This document shows positions 37,776 to 48,691 of a DNA stretch of 64,000 bases, in pieces. A program made the translations under genes and the position numbers. The stretch is from an uncultured bacterium. Lineage in GTDB: Bacteria; Zixibacteria; MSB-5A5; UBA10806. The notes under the pieces were generated by a model, which was not told the origin of the DNA, searched no databases, and was given only the letters and a program-made list of their open reading frames with translations. The first letter of the stretch is position 1. Each line of letters opens with the position of its first letter. The stretch spans positions 1-64,000 of the forward strand of contig CBEUCH010000010.1 of NCBI GenBank assembly GCA_965541585.1. Reading direction: 5' to 3'.

Positions 37776-39304
37776 CCAGCATTCCTCGTCCCTTGACATT
37801 GATTATAATGGATGGCTTCGGCCTGAATCCCGAAACGGATGGGAACGCTGTGGCCGCCGCTTCCACGCCGAACTATGATTGTCTGATATCAAAATATCCG
37901 CATACCACTCTGGAAGCCTCCGGTCTGGTTGTCGGTCTGCCCGAGGGGCAAATGGGTAACTCCGAAGTCGGCCATCTCAATTTCGGCGCCGGGCGAGTAG
38001 TTTATCAGGAGGTTACCAGGATAGATAAGGCTATCGCCGATCATTCGTTTTTCAAAAACGATGTATTGTTGGAGCAAATAGAGAGAATTAAGAGTCAATC
38101 GGGGAGGCTTCATCTGATGGGACTGGCTTCCGATGGCCTTGTGCATTCGTCTCTGGAACATCTATACGCTCTTCTGAAATTGTGCAAGCAAATGGAGATG
38201 AAAAATATCGTCATACACGCCTTCCTGGATGGCCGCGATACTTCTCCAACGTCAGGCGCAGGCTATATCGAGGAAATCATGGCGAAATGCGCGGAAATAG
38301 GGATCGGCAGTCTCAGTACCGTAATAGGCCGCTATTATGCCATGGACCGCGATAACCGCTGGCAGAGAGTAAAAAAGGCTTACGATCTTATCGTGGCGGG
38401 AGTGGGTTTGAGAACGTCCCACCCGGTGCGGGCTATAAAAGAATACTATTCCAGAAACACGACCGACGAGTTCATGGAGCCGATCTCGGTCGACGGTTTC
38501 GAGCATGGTCTGGCCGAAAACGACGGCGTGATATTCTACAATTTCAGAGCCGATAGAGCCAGGCAATTGAGTTATGCCCTGACCGATATCGGCTTCGACG
38601 GTTTCGATCGGAACTGCGGGACGGTTGTGCCGCTGGTCAGTTTGACGCTGTATGATGTCAAATTGAATGCCAGGGTGGCGTTCAAACAGATTATGCACAA
38701 AAATATTTTCGCCGAGGTCATAAGCGCTGGCGGCTTAACTCAGCTCAGAACCGCCGAGACGGAGAAGTATCCCCACGTTACATTCTTCTTTAACGGTGGG
38801 GTCGAAAAACCTTTTGAAGGCGAGGACAGGGTTTTGATACATTCGCCAAAAGTGGCGACCTACGATCTCAAGCCGGAGATGTCGGCTCATGAAGTAGTCA
38901 GTTCTACGCTTGGCAAAATCGAGGAGGATAAGTACGATGTTATCATCCTGAATTTTGCCAATTGCGACATGGTCGGCCATTCGGGAATTTTCGATGCCGC
39001 CGTAAAGGCGGTGGAAACAGTCGATGGTTGCGTGGGCCGTGTGGTGGATTCGGTTTTGAAGGCTGGCGGAGTTGCTATGGTTACTGCCGATCACGGTAAT
39101 TCCGAAAAGATGTTCGACGATAATGGCGGTCCGCATACCGCTCATACGACTTTTCCGGTGCCATTTATCCTTGTAGATGACAAATTCGACGGGCAGCTTC
39201 GGCAGGGGGCAATTCTGGCGGACGTGGCGCCGACCATGCTGGAATATCTTGAAATTCCCAAACCCGATGAGATGACGGGAGAAAGTCTTATGGTAAAAGT
39301 CTGA
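37772..39304 (+). CDS. gpmI: 2,3-bisphosphoglycerate-independent phosphoglycerate mutase
   Basis: GQMGNSEVGH, DGRDT, GRYYAMDRD, ETEKYPHVTFF, DMVGH and ADHGN. Confidence 0.98.
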   Translation: MTSIPRPLTLIIMDGFGLNPETDGNAVAAASTPNYDCLISKYPHTTLEASGLVVGLPEGQMGNSEVGHLNFGAGRVVYQEVTRIDKAIADHSFFKNDVLLEQIERIKSQSGRLHLMGLASDGLVHSSLEHLYALLKLCKQMEMKNIVIHAFLDGRDTSPTSGAGYIEEIMAKCAEIGIGSLSTVIGRYYAMDRDNRWQRVKKAYDLIVAGVGLRTSHPVRAIKEYYSRNTTDEFMEPISVDGFEHGLAENDGVIFYNFRADRARQLSYALTDIGFDGFDRNCGTVVPLVSLTLYDVKLNARVAFKQIMHKNIFAEVISAGGLTQLRTAETEKYPHVTFFFNGGVEKPFEGEDRVLIHSPKVATYDLKPEMSAHEVVSSTLGKIEEDKYDVIILNFANCDMVGHSGIFDAAVKAVETVDGCVGRVVDSVLKAGGVAMVTADHGNSEKMFDDNGGPHTAHTTFPVPFILVDDKFDGQLRQGAILADVAPTMLEYLEIPKPDEMTGESLMVKV

Positions 39305-39347
39305 TGATTTGCCGCCGCAACAATCGGGGATTTTGAAAGGGCATGGG

Positions 39348-40859
39348 ATGAAAGAGATCAGGCCGTATTTAGTAATAACATCAGCCATAGTCTCGTTTCT
39401 ATGTTTTCCGCCTTTTCCTTTTGGCCCGCTGATTTTTCTGTCTCTAGTGCCTTTACTTCTGGCAATTGAGGATATGCCTCCGTACAGGGCCCTTAAGCTG
39501 GGGTTCCTGTGGGGGATAATATTTTTTCTGGGGCTGATTTACTATATAGCCTGGGTCACTCCTCCCGGAATGTTGGCCGCCGTGCTGATTCTTTCATTTA
39601 TTCCGGCAACCGCCTGCTGGTTTTTCGCCAGGCTTATGGATAGAAACCGGGGGGCGGCCCTGATATTCTTTCCTTCGTATTTTATCATGTGGAATTGGCT
39701 TTTTACCATGTCCGATCTGAATTATCCCTGGGCCGACTTCGGTTATGCGCTGGCTTATTACCTGCCGTTCGTTCAGGCGGCGGAGTTAGGAGCTGTATAT
39801 CTAATATCCCTTATCATCCTGGCTGTTAATGCGGCTATCTACGCCTCGGTGTCGCAGAAGCTCAATCTCTCACAGTATGTGCGAAGAAATTTGCGATATG
39901 GTTCGGTTTTTGTAATTGTTTTGCTTTATGGCTACGGTGTTGTGCGTCTTAATAGTCCTGACAGCGGCGCAGATTCTAAGAAGCTGGCGGTGGGTATTTT
40001 GCAGGGGAACATGACCCGCGGCCAAAAATGGAATCCTAAGAATCTACAGATGAATTTTGAGCGTTATTTCGATCTGTCGCGGAAGGCGGCTTCCGAAGGG
40101 GCGGAGTTTCTTATCTGGCCTGAAACCGCTACGCCCACTTATCTGATGCAGGAAAGAAGATATTTAGGAAATGTTCAGTCTCTGGTTGATTCCCTGGGTG
40201 CGCCGCTTCTGACCGGCACCCCTTACTACAGGGTAGTAGGTCCCCAGGAATATGTTTATTTCAATTCGGCGGTATTGATAACACCGGGCCGGGACGATTA
40301 TCAAGTATATTCCAAAATTCGCCTGGTGCCGGTGAGCGAACATATACCGTTTTCAGGCAGGTTCAAGAAGTTGAAGGAAATCCGTCTCGGACAGGCCGAT
40401 TTTTCAGCGGGTGAGGAGCAAACCATATTCGATCTTAAAGGCTTCAAATTTGCGGCGGTAATCTGTTTCGAGTCGGCTTTTCCCGGTTATTGCCGCGAGT
40501 TCGCTCAGAGAGGAGCTCAATTTCTGGTAGTGATAACAAACGATATGTGGTTCGGCAGGACGTCTCTTCTGGAACAACATGCTATGATGTCGGTGTTCAG
40601 AGCAGTAGAGAACAGAATTCCCGTGGTTCGGTCGGCCAATACCGGGGTATCGATGGCGGTCGATAAATGGGGTAGGATATCAACAAAATCGGATATTTTT
40701 GTACAGGACCACCTGTTGGCTAAAATCGCACCGGAGAATTCAGAGAGCATTTATGGTCGTATCGGAGATATTATTCCGAAGGGAGCGATGATATTGAGCA
40801 TAATATCCTTGGTCGTTGCCTTTCGACGGCGACGGCAGTATAATGGAGAAGTAAGATGA
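39348..40859 (+). CDS. lnt: Apolipoprotein N-acyltransferase
   Basis: TM N-terminus; QGN, WPET, K..LVP..E, ICFES and RAVENR..RSANTG (E-K-C triad). Confidence 0.95.
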   Translation: MKEIRPYLVITSAIVSFLCFPPFPFGPLIFLSLVPLLLAIEDMPPYRALKLGFLWGIIFFLGLIYYIAWVTPPGMLAAVLILSFIPATACWFFARLMDRNRGAALIFFPSYFIMWNWLFTMSDLNYPWADFGYALAYYLPFVQAAELGAVYLISLIILAVNAAIYASVSQKLNLSQYVRRNLRYGSVFVIVLLYGYGVVRLNSPDSGADSKKLAVGILQGNMTRGQKWNPKNLQMNFERYFDLSRKAASEGAEFLIWPETATPTYLMQERRYLGNVQSLVDSLGAPLLTGTPYYRVVGPQEYVYFNSAVLITPGRDDYQVYSKIRLVPVSEHIPFSGRFKKLKEIRLGQADFSAGEEQTIFDLKGFKFAAVICFESAFPGYCREFAQRGAQFLVVITNDMWFGRTSLLEQHAMMSVFRAVENRIPVVRSANTGVSMAVDKWGRISTKSDIFVQDHLLAKIAPENSESIYGRIGDIIPKGAMILSIISLVVAFRRRRQYNGEVR

Positions 40860-43072
40860 AAACTGTCTGTTTCTTATTAGTGATATTGCCATTGTCTGGT
40901 ACGTATCTGCATTCGCAGACCTGGATGAGCTTCACCAATACCGATAATGTTCGACAGATTGCCATAGAATCGGATCGGGTCTGGGGCGCCACCTCCGGGG
41001 GAGTTGTCGCATTGACCCCGTCCACGGGCGATATACTCAAATTGACGAATACCGACGGCCTGGGAGGCATTGACTTCAATTGTGTGGAGTCCGACACTGC
41101 AGGCAATATCTGGCTTGGCGCCGCTGATGGCTGGCTTAGCCGATATTCGCCTTCCGGAGAGATCACCAACTATCCTGTTACGGAGAGCCAGGAGTTTTTC
41201 GAGAGGGCTATCACAGTATATGATCTTTTCGTTGATGGCGATCGTGTCTGGATGGCCAGCGATCTGGGGGTGAGCAAATTCCTGATGTACTCGAATGACG
41301 GCGAAATCAAGGACACCGCCCGACGACTCGGTGATATCCCGGATGAGGAGGATGTTGTTTGCCTTTCAGTCATAGGAGACTATCTCTGGGCCGGTACCGC
41401 CCGGGGAATTGCCTTCATAGACAAAGATAATGAGAACATTCAGTATTTTGGGTTCTGGCGGTCGTTTCAACAGGGGGAAGATGGTCTGGGAAGCGGAGAT
41501 ATAAGATCGATTGCCGTGTATCACGATACAGTGATTGCGGGGACCCAGGTCGGCGCATATAAATTACAGGTCTCTCCCGATACAAGCTGGTTAGCGTTCG
41601 GTCTTGCCGGCCGCACGATTAACAGTCTGTTGATGACCGATTCTGTGCTCCTGGCCGCGACAGATGGCGGTGTCTTCCAGTACGACGGTTCAAACTGGGT
41701 AGGACTTTCCACCAGTGGTTTGCCTCAATTAAACGTATCGGATATAGAGGTTAACGCATCCGGAGACCTATGGGCAGGCACTCCCTCATCGGGGCTCGCC
41801 AGATTGATAGATACGCTATGGAATGTCTATACTATTCCGGGGCCGGCGTCGAATTTTATAAGGAATATTGCTATAGATTCCAGCGGCGCAATATGGATGA
41901 CCCACGACGGCAGGGGGATCAGCCGGTTCGAGAATAGCTCATGGACAACCTATAATTCTGCGAATTCAGATCCCGATGATTCGGGGCCCCTCGGCGGATT
42001 GGATGATAATGCCTTGCATAGCATCACTGTGGACACAAATAACGATATATGGGCAGGGAGCTGGGGCAGGGGATTGTATCGGTATAGCCGTCAATCTCAA
42101 TCCTGGTTTCACTGGGAAAATTACAATAGCCCCATGGTTGGAGTGCCACGGAATAATGATTATTGGGCGGCGACAGCGATACAGACAGGACAGGATAATA
42201 TTGTCTGGGTATCCTCTATGGGGGCCGACTCCGGCGTGGTGGTGGGAGCCTTCCGACCGGCCGATTCTTTATGGCATGTTTATCACACAGGCCCTAACAC
42301 CGTTCTGGATAACGACGTTACTTCTCTTCAGATACAGGGCAACTCAATCTGGATCGGAATGGTCAATGGTATTCACAGATTGAATTTCAATGGCACATTT
42401 ACCGATGAATCTGATGATAGCTGGCAGAATTATGTTAGCCGGGAATTCATAGTCGATACAGGTCTTGATCCTTTCGGTAATTTATGGTTTGGAGCTTTAA
42501 CGGGTCTTTATAATTCCTCGCCTTCAACAGGAATCACCCGCCGGGTGGATCTTCCTTTGGAAATTTCGGGTGGCGTCAATGCTGTGGCATCGGATGGCGT
42601 CGGCAATATCTGGGTGGGAACCACTTCGGGACTGGGGGTTTACAGACCCAACGCCTCTATCTGGAAGGCGGTTTATAACACATCCAACAGTCCGCTTCTC
42701 AACAACCAGGTTACGGATATCGCCATAGATGTTCAAACCGGCCTGATATATATCGGAACCTCCGGGGGCCTCTCGATCATGGAATCCGGCGTAGAAGCGC
42801 CATCGGAAGATCTCTCTGATGTAGAAGCATATCCCAACCCGGTCGTTGTTGCCGCAGGAGATAACGCGCTCTATTTCAAAAGGGTCCCTGCCGACGCTAC
42901 CATTTCTATATTCAGCGTAGCCGGGGATCTCGTTTATGAACTCGAGCTTTCATTGCAGGACCACTGGGACTTGAAAAACTCAAAGGGCGGATCCGTTGCC
43001 GGAGGTATCTATATTTTCCATGTGAGATCGAAAAATGCCTCGGGCACTGGAAAATTTGCGATCATCAAGTAA
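40856..43072 (+). CDS. PorZ-like double beta-propeller protein with T9SS-type CTD
   Basis: Signal peptide, many D..GNIW.GT..GL two-component-regulator propeller repeats, NSPLLNN.V.DIA.D..TG.IYIGT.GGL and AYPNP...FAIIK. Confidence 0.7.
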   Translation: MKTVCFLLVILPLSGTYLHSQTWMSFTNTDNVRQIAIESDRVWGATSGGVVALTPSTGDILKLTNTDGLGGIDFNCVESDTAGNIWLGAADGWLSRYSPSGEITNYPVTESQEFFERAITVYDLFVDGDRVWMASDLGVSKFLMYSNDGEIKDTARRLGDIPDEEDVVCLSVIGDYLWAGTARGIAFIDKDNENIQYFGFWRSFQQGEDGLGSGDIRSIAVYHDTVIAGTQVGAYKLQVSPDTSWLAFGLAGRTINSLLMTDSVLLAATDGGVFQYDGSNWVGLSTSGLPQLNVSDIEVNASGDLWAGTPSSGLARLIDTLWNVYTIPGPASNFIRNIAIDSSGAIWMTHDGRGISRFENSSWTTYNSANSDPDDSGPLGGLDDNALHSITVDTNNDIWAGSWGRGLYRYSRQSQSWFHWENYNSPMVGVPRNNDYWAATAIQTGQDNIVWVSSMGADSGVVVGAFRPADSLWHVYHTGPNTVLDNDVTSLQIQGNSIWIGMVNGIHRLNFNGTFTDESDDSWQNYVSREFIVDTGLDPFGNLWFGALTGLYNSSPSTGITRRVDLPLEISGGVNAVASDGVGNIWVGTTSGLGVYRPNASIWKAVYNTSNSPLLNNQVTDIAIDVQTGLIYIGTSGGLSIMESGVEAPSEDLSDVEAYPNPVVVAAGDNALYFKRVPADATISIFSVAGDLVYELELSLQDHWDLKNSKGGSVAGGIYIFHVRSKNASGTGKFAIIK

Positions 43073-44006
43073 AAGAGAAATCACAAAAATCCCGGCGGAT
43101 ATTTCCCAGATCGAAAGTCTCTGGGGAGGTATCTTTTACCACCCTCAATTCGTCGGCATGGCCGCCGAAAATCTAAATTTACGAGGAGAGTCCTGTTTTC
43201 TCCTGTCGGCGGGAAACTCTATCTGTGCACTGAATCTGCTATTACAAAATAGAGATTTGGTGAGGGCGGCCACTATTCCGCTGATGTTTCAATATTTCGG
43301 GCCGCTTTTCTTAGAAGGGGATTCTGAAGCGCGATCGATGGCTGAGGTCGATAGATATCTCTCAGGGGAATGCGATTTCGTCTATTTTAGCTTTTCACCC
43401 GAATTTCAGCCCGCGGCCGGATTCCCGTCGGGTTGGCATGCAAAAAAGGCGGTTACTCTGGCGCTCACCGTCGATGAACTCAGCACCTGGGGCGGTTGTT
43501 TTCGGGATGATGTTAAAAACAAAATCAGAAAAGCAAAAAGGGAGTCGGTTAGGATTGAACAGGCAGAATCTCTTCCCGAAAAATTATGGTCGCTGGCCTA
43601 TACCCGTAGGGGGCTGAAACCTCCACTGGAACCTCGGGCACTGGCGCGATGGTGCGAGAGTCTTATGACGAATTCCATGCTGAGAATTTACATTGCGAAA
43701 ATAGACGGTAACCCTGTCGCTTTCAGAGGACAGCTCTTGCAGGGCGAATTCGCTTATGATTGGATCGCCGGGTCCGATCCGGAATTTCATGCCACAGGAG
43801 CTAATCAACTGCTGATGGCGGAGATCGGGCATGAACTCGCAGGAGGTGGTCTAAAAATATGGGATCTGGTAGGCGGCCAGATCAAAAGTATTGCCGATTT
43901 CAAGAGATCATTCGGGGCGAGAGAGTTTTATCATTATCAGGCTTATAAGAGCTTCAATATAAAAGGCAAAATATTCGGCGTGATGCGGAAGTTGAAAAAT
44001 GCGTAG
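43035..44006 (+). CDS. GNAT/FemAB-like acyltransferase (polysaccharide-associated; start uncertain)
   Basis: KNKIRKAKR, GANQLL, WDLVG..SIA.FKRSFGA; resembles Acetyltransf_6/FemAB-like proteins. Confidence 0.75.
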   Translation: MPRALENLRSSSKREITKIPADISQIESLWGGIFYHPQFVGMAAENLNLRGESCFLLSAGNSICALNLLLQNRDLVRAATIPLMFQYFGPLFLEGDSEARSMAEVDRYLSGECDFVYFSFSPEFQPAAGFPSGWHAKKAVTLALTVDELSTWGGCFRDDVKNKIRKAKRESVRIEQAESLPEKLWSLAYTRRGLKPPLEPRALARWCESLMTNSMLRIYIAKIDGNPVAFRGQLLQGEFAYDWIAGSDPEFHATGANQLLMAEIGHELAGGGLKIWDLVGGQIKSIADFKRSFGAREFYHYQAYKSFNIKGKIFGVMRKLKNA

Positions 44007-45318
44007 TGATTTTGAAACAGTCAGATATGGATACGTCAACCATCGATTCAGTGCTTCCGCTATAAAACACACCTTCGCATATCTTTCCGCTGTAACCGGG
44101 ATCAGGTTCAGGCCATCGTTATCGGATGCTGATCTCTGGCGATCCGATGAGAGCCCGGTTCCCGATAGGGCCAGAGTTCTCATAGGTCAACATACAACTC
44201 AACAACAAAGAGAATCTGCCGGCCATTCGGATACTGTATCTTCGCGACTGATATTGAAGGATGATCCGGTCGAGAAGATTATTGAAAAGCTATCACCGGC
44301 GGCCCAAATGGGTCCCTTCTCCGGTATCGAATCGAGGAATCGAAAGCCGGGCGAGCCGAGACTGACCCGTTTGATTTCAGATCTGGTTAAAGCGCTAACC
44401 AGTACGGGCGTAATCTCACGGAAATCCCGTGAAATTGATCTATGGCCTGATGGCAAGCGATTCGCTCTGGCGGTGACGCATGACGTCGATATTGCGTGCC
44501 GGTCTGTGAAGGGGAGCATTCGGCTATTAATGAAACGGATACCGCCGGGTCGGTTCAGAGGATTGTATGATTCGGTTCGATCTTCGATCGGAGACCGGCA
44601 TAACCCTTACGATAGAGTTTCCGAATGGATAAAGATCGAGAACGACCTGGGAATCAAATCCACTTTTTTCATATTCGCCGGCCCGGATCGGCACCAAGAT
44701 GATCCGAAATACAGGCTTGATGAACTCTCGCATTCAATAGAGGATATTCGGCTAAACGGTTTCGAGCTGGCTTTGCATTCCGGGATAAAATGCAATGAAG
44801 GTGATAGCCTGGCCAACTCCAGATCTGAACTTGGAAATCATGCCGGATTAAATATAGCGGGGTTGAGACCGCATTATCTCTCGGCGCATGTCCCGGAGTA
44901 CTGGAGATCGGCCGCCGAATCCGGCTTTTCCCATTCCTCCTGCCTGGGGTTCGATAATGGTATCGGACATTTCGATGGCATCGACCTGCCATTTATTTCC
45001 TTCGACAGGGAAAATGACAGGGCAATTGACATAGTCGAGATCCCTTTTGCCATAATGGACTGCGGTTTAATCCGAGATGAAGCGGCCGATTCCGAGGGAG
45101 TCATTTCACGCGGCGAAGATCTGATCGATAAGACTGCAGAGTCGGGTGGGATGATAGTCCTGGACTGGCATCAAAGAACGCTCTATGATCCGGACTATCC
45201 CGGGTGGGGAAAGTTATTTCGCAAGATAACGGATTATGCTCTGGGGAAGGGAGCCTATTCTGCTACGATGGAGCAGATATCCTCCTTATTGAAAAATCGA
45301 ACAGGGATGGAAGATTGA
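43999..45318 (+). CDS. Polysaccharide deacetylase family protein
   Basis: WPDGKRFALAVTHDVD, STFF, ELALH, RPHYL, EIP..IMD and LDWH. Confidence 0.85.
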   Translation: MRSDFETVRYGYVNHRFSASAIKHTFAYLSAVTGIRFRPSLSDADLWRSDESPVPDRARVLIGQHTTQQQRESAGHSDTVSSRLILKDDPVEKIIEKLSPAAQMGPFSGIESRNRKPGEPRLTRLISDLVKALTSTGVISRKSREIDLWPDGKRFALAVTHDVDIACRSVKGSIRLLMKRIPPGRFRGLYDSVRSSIGDRHNPYDRVSEWIKIENDLGIKSTFFIFAGPDRHQDDPKYRLDELSHSIEDIRLNGFELALHSGIKCNEGDSLANSRSELGNHAGLNIAGLRPHYLSAHVPEYWRSAAESGFSHSSCLGFDNGIGHFDGIDLPFISFDRENDRAIDIVEIPFAIMDCGLIRDEAADSEGVISRGEDLIDKTAESGGMIVLDWHQRTLYDPDYPGWGKLFRKITDYALGKGAYSATMEQISSLLKNRTGMED

Positions 45319-46436
45319 GGGTAGCGTACTTCATATTAAATCCATTCGATATCGACACGCGGGCCAGGCTGGAGGTCGAAACTATCGGGCGGATGGGGCA
45401 CCAGGTGGATATCATAGTAACCGTGGGAGCCGAGACTAAAGAATTTCTCGGGTATCCGATTCATCGCATAGCTCAATTGACATGGCCGTCTCGAAAGATC
45501 CGTTTCATCCAGTACAATCTCAAGGCGGCGTTGATCGGGATGAGACTGAAAGCCGATATTTATCATGCAGTCGACGTGGATACGCTGGCTGCCGCCTTCT
45601 GGGCGGCCAATAAAACGGGGGGGAAAGTAATCTACGAGGCCAGGGAATTGTATACGGAACTCGAGCCTCTAAGAGGTCGCAATTTAGTTCGATCGTTCTG
45701 GGGCTATCTGGAGAAGCGGTTGATCGGAAAAGCGGCAAGAGTTGTAACAATTAATGATTCCATCGCCGACGAACTTTGCAGAAGATACCGAATCAGGAGG
45801 CCTGATGTCATCAGGAATGTGGCGAAATCTCCAGTCAGTATAATGCCCGTAGATTTGAGGAGGAAATTCGGCATTCCGGATGACCATAAAATAATCGTCT
45901 ACCAGGGCGTTCTCAGGCGCGGTCAGGGGCTCTTATACCAGCTTGATATCCTGCAACATCTGGAAAAAGTGGTGATGCTGTTTATTGGTACAGGACCGAT
46001 TGAAGCCGAATTGAAAGAGAAATCGTCCAGTTTGAACGTTGAGGATAAAGTCATATTCGCCGGCAGGGTCCCTCCCGACGAGCTCTTGAATTATACCGCC
46101 TCTGCCGATGCCGGTATCTTATTGATGGAGGATATCGCCTTGAACAACAGACTGGCTCTTCCTCAAAAGCTGTTTCAGTATTTGAGCTCCGGCATTCCGC
46201 AGGTTGTCTCTCCGATGCCGGAGATATCGCGTTTTGTCGAAGATGAAAATACCGGCGTGGTGGTTTCATTAAGCGATCCGCAGGAAGCAGCCGATATTAT
46301 TGGAGGATTTATTTTTGATGAAGGCTTATATTCTGCGGTCAGGGAGAATTGCCGGAGATCGTCTTTGAAAAACAACTGGGAAACCGAATCGGTAAAGTGG
46401 ATTGAAATATATGAAAACCTGGAATCGTTAGCATGA
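45315..46436 (+). CDS. Glycosyltransferase family 4
   Basis: TTG start overlaps the previous stop; DTRA..E, DIYHA.D, YQG, and LPQKLFQYL..GIP. Confidence 0.88.
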   Translation: MRVAYFILNPFDIDTRARLEVETIGRMGHQVDIIVTVGAETKEFLGYPIHRIAQLTWPSRKIRFIQYNLKAALIGMRLKADIYHAVDVDTLAAAFWAANKTGGKVIYEARELYTELEPLRGRNLVRSFWGYLEKRLIGKAARVVTINDSIADELCRRYRIRRPDVIRNVAKSPVSIMPVDLRRKFGIPDDHKIIVYQGVLRRGQGLLYQLDILQHLEKVVMLFIGTGPIEAELKEKSSSLNVEDKVIFAGRVPPDELLNYTASADAGILLMEDIALNNRLALPQKLFQYLSSGIPQVVSPMPEISRFVEDENTGVVVSLSDPQEAADIIGGFIFDEGLYSAVRENCRRSSLKNNWETESVKWIEIYENLESLA

Positions 46437-47380
46437 TCAGTTATTCAATTCTGATTGTTACATATAATCAAAAAGAAACGCTCGGGATGTTATTGGACAG
46501 CCTGGCGAAGCAGATTAAGAATCCGAAGATGTTCGAGATTGTCGTTGCCGATGATTGTTCCGACGACGGCACCGAGAGTTTTATTAAACGGTTGCGTTTG
46601 CCGATTTTTTTGAAGTACACACGCGCCGCCAATAATGTCGGCCGATCAATTATCCGCAATATGGGATTTCAAAAAACGGCCGGTCAAAAAGTGATTTTTC
46701 TCGATGGCGATATGGTGCCCGGTTCCGGCTTTATCGATTCCTTTCTCGGTTCCTGGGTCAAGCATCCTTCCGCGGTTATCGTCGCGTCATGGCGCAACCC
46801 ACCTCAATGGGAAAATGACCGTCTGTATAATTATCTTTCATCGCGCGGCAGGCTGGCCGCAAAGTCGGAAGTTCAAATCCCGGGCAAGTATTTTACCAGC
46901 GGCAATTTCTCCATCGATAGAAATGTTTTCGAAAGACTATCGGGTTTCGAGCTTTCATTCGAAGGCTGGAAAGGTGAGGATACGGATTTTGGGCTGCGGC
47001 TGGAAAAGGAGTCGATCCCGATATGGCATAACCCCGATGCTGTATGTTATCATTACCACAGGAAGTCTCTCGAAGGTATGCTGTCAGAATATGAGAGATT
47101 TGGGCGATCCAGCTTTCGAGTGCTGCTCGAAAAGCATCCCGATAGGCTCATTTTTGAAAAAGGCTGGATTCTGGGATTGCCCGATCCGAGAGCCGGGATG
47201 TTGAAGAAAACTGTTTCAAGAGTGCTGTCTCCCTTGCGATCCGATTCCGCCATTTCAATGCTTAAAGCGCTCGAGAGATTTGCCGGCGGCGCCCTATTCT
47301 TTAATATCTGTTACGATTGGCTGTTCTACAGTTGTCTTGCCCGTGGATATCGAGAAGGACGAAATAAACCGCGAAAGTAA
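46433..47380 (+). CDS. Glycosyltransferase family 2
   Basis: SILIVTYN, DDCSDDGT, FLDGD and EDTDFGLRL. Confidence 0.92.
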   Translation: MISYSILIVTYNQKETLGMLLDSLAKQIKNPKMFEIVVADDCSDDGTESFIKRLRLPIFLKYTRAANNVGRSIIRNMGFQKTAGQKVIFLDGDMVPGSGFIDSFLGSWVKHPSAVIVASWRNPPQWENDRLYNYLSSRGRLAAKSEVQIPGKYFTSGNFSIDRNVFERLSGFELSFEGWKGEDTDFGLRLEKESIPIWHNPDAVCYHYHRKSLEGMLSEYERFGRSSFRVLLEKHPDRLIFEKGWILGLPDPRAGMLKKTVSRVLSPLRSDSAISMLKALERFAGGALFFNICYDWLFYSCLARGYREGRNKPRK

Positions 47381-47404
47381 TCTCTATTTGCTAAAGGATC
47401 TCTG

Positions 47405-48589
47405 ATGAAGCTTCTGGTTGTATCAAGCAGTTTTCCCATGAAAGTGGGCGATGGCTTATCGCCTTTCATCTGGGAATATTGTGTGCATCTAAAGAAGCGC
47501 GGTTGGGATATCACAGCTGTCGTGCCGCATCATAGAGATCTTGAGAGAGAGGAAATCTGGAACGACATAAAAATCATTAGATTTAAGTATCTTCCCCAGG
47601 GGCTCGAAGATATGGCATACTCGGGTGGAATAATACCCGGTATAAGAAAGAAACCGTGGAAAATCATCAAAGTCCCATTTTTCATATATTCGATGTATAA
47701 AGAGACGCTCAGGTTACTGAACAGAAATGATTTTGATCTGATCAATTTTCACTGGCTGTTCCCGGTCTGTTTCTGGCTCGGACGGTTCAGCCGGAAATCA
47801 AACGTGCCCATCGTCCTGACGGCGCATGGAACGGACGTTCGTCTGGCTTTAAAAAAACCGTTCGGCCTGTTTGCAAATAATGGATTGAGAAAATCGGCGG
47901 CTTTGACTTTGAACAGCAGATATATGAAAGGTCTTTTGAAAGAATTTGACCTGCCTGCAAGAACAGAGATAATACCGATGGGAGTTGACACCGAGATATT
48001 TCATCCCGGTTCGCATAAACCGTCCCGATCCAGAAAGATCATTTTCCTGGGGAGATTGATCAAACAAAAGGGGATCGATGTACTACTCGATGCTTTCAGC
48101 AGCGTGTTGGAAGAGATTCCGGAGGCCGAACTCGAGATTATCGGCTATGGCCCTGAAAAAGATAGTCTCGAAAAAAAGGTCAAAGAACTCAGAATGGAGA
48201 ACTCTGCAAGGTTTTGCGGCCGAGTACGTTATGATGAGCTGCCTGAAAGATACCGTAGCGCCAGGGCGCTGGCTTTTCCGTCCGTGACACCCGAAGGATT
48301 GGGGATCAGTGCGGTTGAGGCTGGCGCGTGTGGGGTTCCGACAGTTACATTCGGCCTGGGCGGTACTAAGGAGCTGGTGGTGCACGAGGATACCGGGCTG
48401 GTCGTAGAAAAAAGTAGAGATGCACTTGCCGAAGGCCTCATTAGAATCCTAACCGACGATGATCTCGCCGATCGGCTGGGTGAAAATGCACGCAAAAAAG
48501 TTGCAGAGCAGTATAGCTGGGATGTTATATCAAAGAAATTCAATAGTCTATTCAGAGAGATAATTGGGGAGCCCGTAAAAGGGAAATAG
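47405..48589 (+). CDS. Glycosyltransferase family 4
   Basis: HWLFP, TAHGTD, PMGVD, GRLIKQKG and EGLGISAVEA. Confidence 0.92.
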   Translation: MKLLVVSSSFPMKVGDGLSPFIWEYCVHLKKRGWDITAVVPHHRDLEREEIWNDIKIIRFKYLPQGLEDMAYSGGIIPGIRKKPWKIIKVPFFIYSMYKETLRLLNRNDFDLINFHWLFPVCFWLGRFSRKSNVPIVLTAHGTDVRLALKKPFGLFANNGLRKSAALTLNSRYMKGLLKEFDLPARTEIIPMGVDTEIFHPGSHKPSRSRKIIFLGRLIKQKGIDVLLDAFSSVLEEIPEAELEIIGYGPEKDSLEKKVKELRMENSARFCGRVRYDELPERYRSARALAFPSVTPEGLGISAVEAGACGVPTVTFGLGGTKELVVHEDTGLVVEKSRDALAEGLIRILTDDDLADRLGENARKKVAEQYSWDVISKKFNSLFREIIGEPVKGK

Positions 48590-48632
48590 CATTTCTCAGG
48601 ATCCCGCCGGATGCCCGAGACATATAAGTACA

Positions 48633-48671
48633 GATCCTGCCTCCGGCCGTTTGACCTGGTGAGGCAGGATC
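48633..48671. terminator. Stem-loop between convergent genes
   Basis: GATCCTGCCTC/GAGGCAGGATC 11-bp perfect inverted repeat; no clear U-tract. Confidence 0.55.
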
Positions 48672-48691
48672 CGCATGGGAGAGATAAATGA

